Shown here: piece by piece, positions 61,880-64,000 of the stretch | Layout: every line of letters begins with the position of its first letter | How positions within the stretch are numbered: position 1 is the stretch's first letter | DNA from: Owenia fusiformis | Lineage: Eukaryota | Length of the DNA: 64,000 nt | Assembly: GCA_903813345.2 (NCBI GenBank) | Contig: CAIIXF020000001.1 | Span: 5,332,001-5,396,000 of the forward strand | Direction of reading: 5' to 3' | The notes under the pieces: model-generated | Databases searched by the model: none | What the model was told of the DNA's origin: nothing | Seen by the model: only the letters and a program-made list of their open reading frames with translations | Program-made: the position numbers and the translations under genes

Positions 61880-64000
61880 TGTAAATAGATAGTAAATGTA
61901 AAGAAAGTGAAACTTTTTGTAGATACTTCTAAGCCATGGATTACAAATGGGATTATCACATCAGCCAAGCAAAAAAATAATCTTTATCGTAAATTTATGA
62001 AGACCCCTAGTGAAGAAAATGAAAGAAACTATAAAATATATAAAGCAAGGTTCAGAGCTATTTTGAGAGCTGTAGAAAAAACCCACTATCGGAATCAATT
62101 TGAAACTGCATCTGGAAATATTAAACAAACCTGGAATATTATCTCTGACATTTTAAATAGAAAAAAACTTCATACAGTGGTTCAAAACGAATTTCTGGTC
62201 GATGGTATTGCAGTAAATGATAAAAAGTTGATTGCCAATAAATTCAACTCATTCTTTTCTTCAATTGGATTAAAATTAAGCTCTAAAATTCCAGAGTCAA
62301 ACAGAACACCAAATGAATATATTAGTAATATGGGACATTTTGAAAATAGATTTCACTTAACACCAGTTGATGAAACAGAATTGTCATTATTAATACAAAC
62401 TTTGAAAGACAAGGCAGCATCTCTTGATAATATTAAACCGATTATTGTAAAACATGCAAAAAATGAACTTATACAGCCTTTACTTTTGATATTCAATAAA
62501 TCCTTCCAACAGGGAATTTTCCCGGATAAACTCAAAATAGCCAAGGTAACACCAATTTTCAAAAAAGGTCAAAAAGACAATTTCTCAAACTATAGACCAA
62601 TTTCAGTCTTGCCAGTTTTTTCTAAACTTCTAGAAAAACTTATTAACTTTAGGCTCTGTAATTTTATCACAGAAAACGAAATATTATATATACATCAGTA
62701 TGGCTTTCAGAAAAATGTCTCTACCTTTATGGCAATCTTAACTTTTGTTGAAAACATACGACATGCGCTGGAGAACAATGAATATTCGCTTGGTATTTTT
62801 TTAGACTTGTCTAAAGCCTTTGACACCATTAATCATAAAATCCTTCTAGATAAATTAAATTTTTATGGAATTCAAGGGTCTGAACTTTCTCTTTTTAAAT
62901 CATATCTAAAAGATCGAAAGCAAGTTGTATCATATAACAATATTGACTCTGATTTACAAAGTATATCATGCGGTGTGCCCCAGGGCTCAGTCCTTGGGCC
63001 GACATTATTCATATTATATGTAAATGACATGTTTAAGGTTTCCAATATTCTTAAAACCGTAATATTTGCTGACGACACTAATTTGTTGGCCTCAGATAAA
63101 GATTTGAAATCTCTAATAGAAAAGGTTAATGATGAACTTGATCTTATGGACGATTGGTTCAAAGCAAATAAATTGTCAATAAACTATTCTAAGACAAAAT
63201 TTATCTTGTTCAATAAACAGAAACGACAAATCTTTAGAGATATTAAAATTGATATGTCCGGGAAACAAATTGAAAGAGTAAAATCTATCAACTTTTTAGG
63301 TGTCATTGTTGATGAACATATTACCTGGAAAGAACATATTAAACATATAGAAGCAAAAATATCCAGAACAATTGGTCTCTTATATAAGATTCGCCACCTA
63401 TTGAATAAAACAAGTCTTTTGGCAATCTATAATTCCCTGATATACTCACATTTAAATTACTGTAATTTAATCTGGGGTGGCCATAGCAATGCTCATACAA
63501 ATGAGCTGCATTCTCTACTTCTATTTCAAAAGAGATTCCTTCGAATATTAGACAACCAGCCAAGAATGGCACATTCAGCACCTCTCTTTAAGAAGTACAA
63601 CATTTTACCTGTAAACCAGGTGTATGAATTTAATGTTTCGAATTTTGTCTATTGTTGTATTTACCAGGAACCTGTTTATTCAAAACTATATAATGATTAT
63701 TTTAATCAAAATGAATATTTTCACAATTATCCTACCAGAAGAAGTCATGATTTACATGCTAGGGCTTACAAAACAAAAATAGGGTTATATTCAATCAAAG
63801 TACAGGGTCCAAGAATCTGGAATTCTATCTCAGATCATGTCAGATTTTTGCCTTCATTACTTCAATTCAAAATGACTAGAAAGAAAAACTTAATTGCTGA
63901 AATATAATTATATATTGTCACCTCATCTACCTTTCCATCCATACATTTTTTCCTAAACTGAAATAGAGTTAACACACATTGGCAGCCACAACTCACCACC
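61880..64000 (+). mobile_element. CR1/L2-group LINE, 5'-truncated, runs off the window
   Basis: Uninterrupted 666-aa frame with PWIT, YRPIS, QYGF, DLSKAFD, GVPQGS, FADD; no endonuclease part. Confidence 0.93.
61907..63907 (+). CDS. LINE ORF2 reverse transcriptase (N-terminally truncated)
   Basis: RT motifs intact, no stop over 2 kb. Confidence 0.9.
   Translation: MKLFVDTSKPWITNGIITSAKQKNNLYRKFMKTPSEENERNYKIYKARFRAILRAVEKTHYRNQFETASGNIKQTWNIISDILNRKKLHTVVQNEFLVDGIAVNDKKLIANKFNSFFSSIGLKLSSKIPESNRTPNEYISNMGHFENRFHLTPVDETELSLLIQTLKDKAASLDNIKPIIVKHAKNELIQPLLLIFNKSFQQGIFPDKLKIAKVTPIFKKGQKDNFSNYRPISVLPVFSKLLEKLINFRLCNFITENEILYIHQYGFQKNVSTFMAILTFVENIRHALENNEYSLGIFLDLSKAFDTINHKILLDKLNFYGIQGSELSLFKSYLKDRKQVVSYNNIDSDLQSISCGVPQGSVLGPTLFILYVNDMFKVSNILKTVIFADDTNLLASDKDLKSLIEKVNDELDLMDDWFKANKLSINYSKTKFILFNKQKRQIFRDIKIDMSGKQIERVKSINFLGVIVDEHITWKEHIKHIEAKISRTIGLLYKIRHLLNKTSLLAIYNSLIYSHLNYCNLIWGGHSNAHTNELHSLLLFQKRFLRILDNQPRMAHSAPLFKKYNILPVNQVYEFNVSNFVYCCIYQEPVYSKLYNDYFNQNEYFHNYPTRRSHDLHARAYKTKIGLYSIKVQGPRIWNSISDHVRFLPSLLQFKMTRKKNLIAEI

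Overview
AT-rich animal genomic DNA, probably a lophotrochozoan invertebrate (inferred from a FaNaC-like channel relic and pearl/HINE-type repeats). The main gene is a minus-strand extracellular heparan-sulfate 6-O-endosulfatase (Sulf1/Sulf2 type). I traced 14 core coding exons from 33530 to 2599 with GT-AG junctions and consistent phase, plus 1-2 candidate cassette exons and several candidate 5' non-coding exons and promoters; the 3' end lies left of the window. A divergent plus-strand exon at 57282-57344 resembles the start of C8orf34, the neighbour of SULF1 in human. One Sulf intron holds an antisense, intronless, decayed DEG/ENaC (FaNaC-like) pseudogene. Another holds a 10.7-kb DNA element with ~540-bp TIRs, CAC...GTG ends and a 5-bp TSD (Transib/RAG-like signature). 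Nested in that element is a CR1/L2-type LINE whose apparent ORF1 remnant ends in an IMPACT/YigZ (UPF0029)-like domain, itself interrupted by a HINE. Also present are many MITEs (hAT-like with 5-, 6- and 8-bp TSDs, Harbinger, Tc1/mariner), HINE/pearl elements and two more LINEs. All homologies were recognised by eye and need database confirmation.
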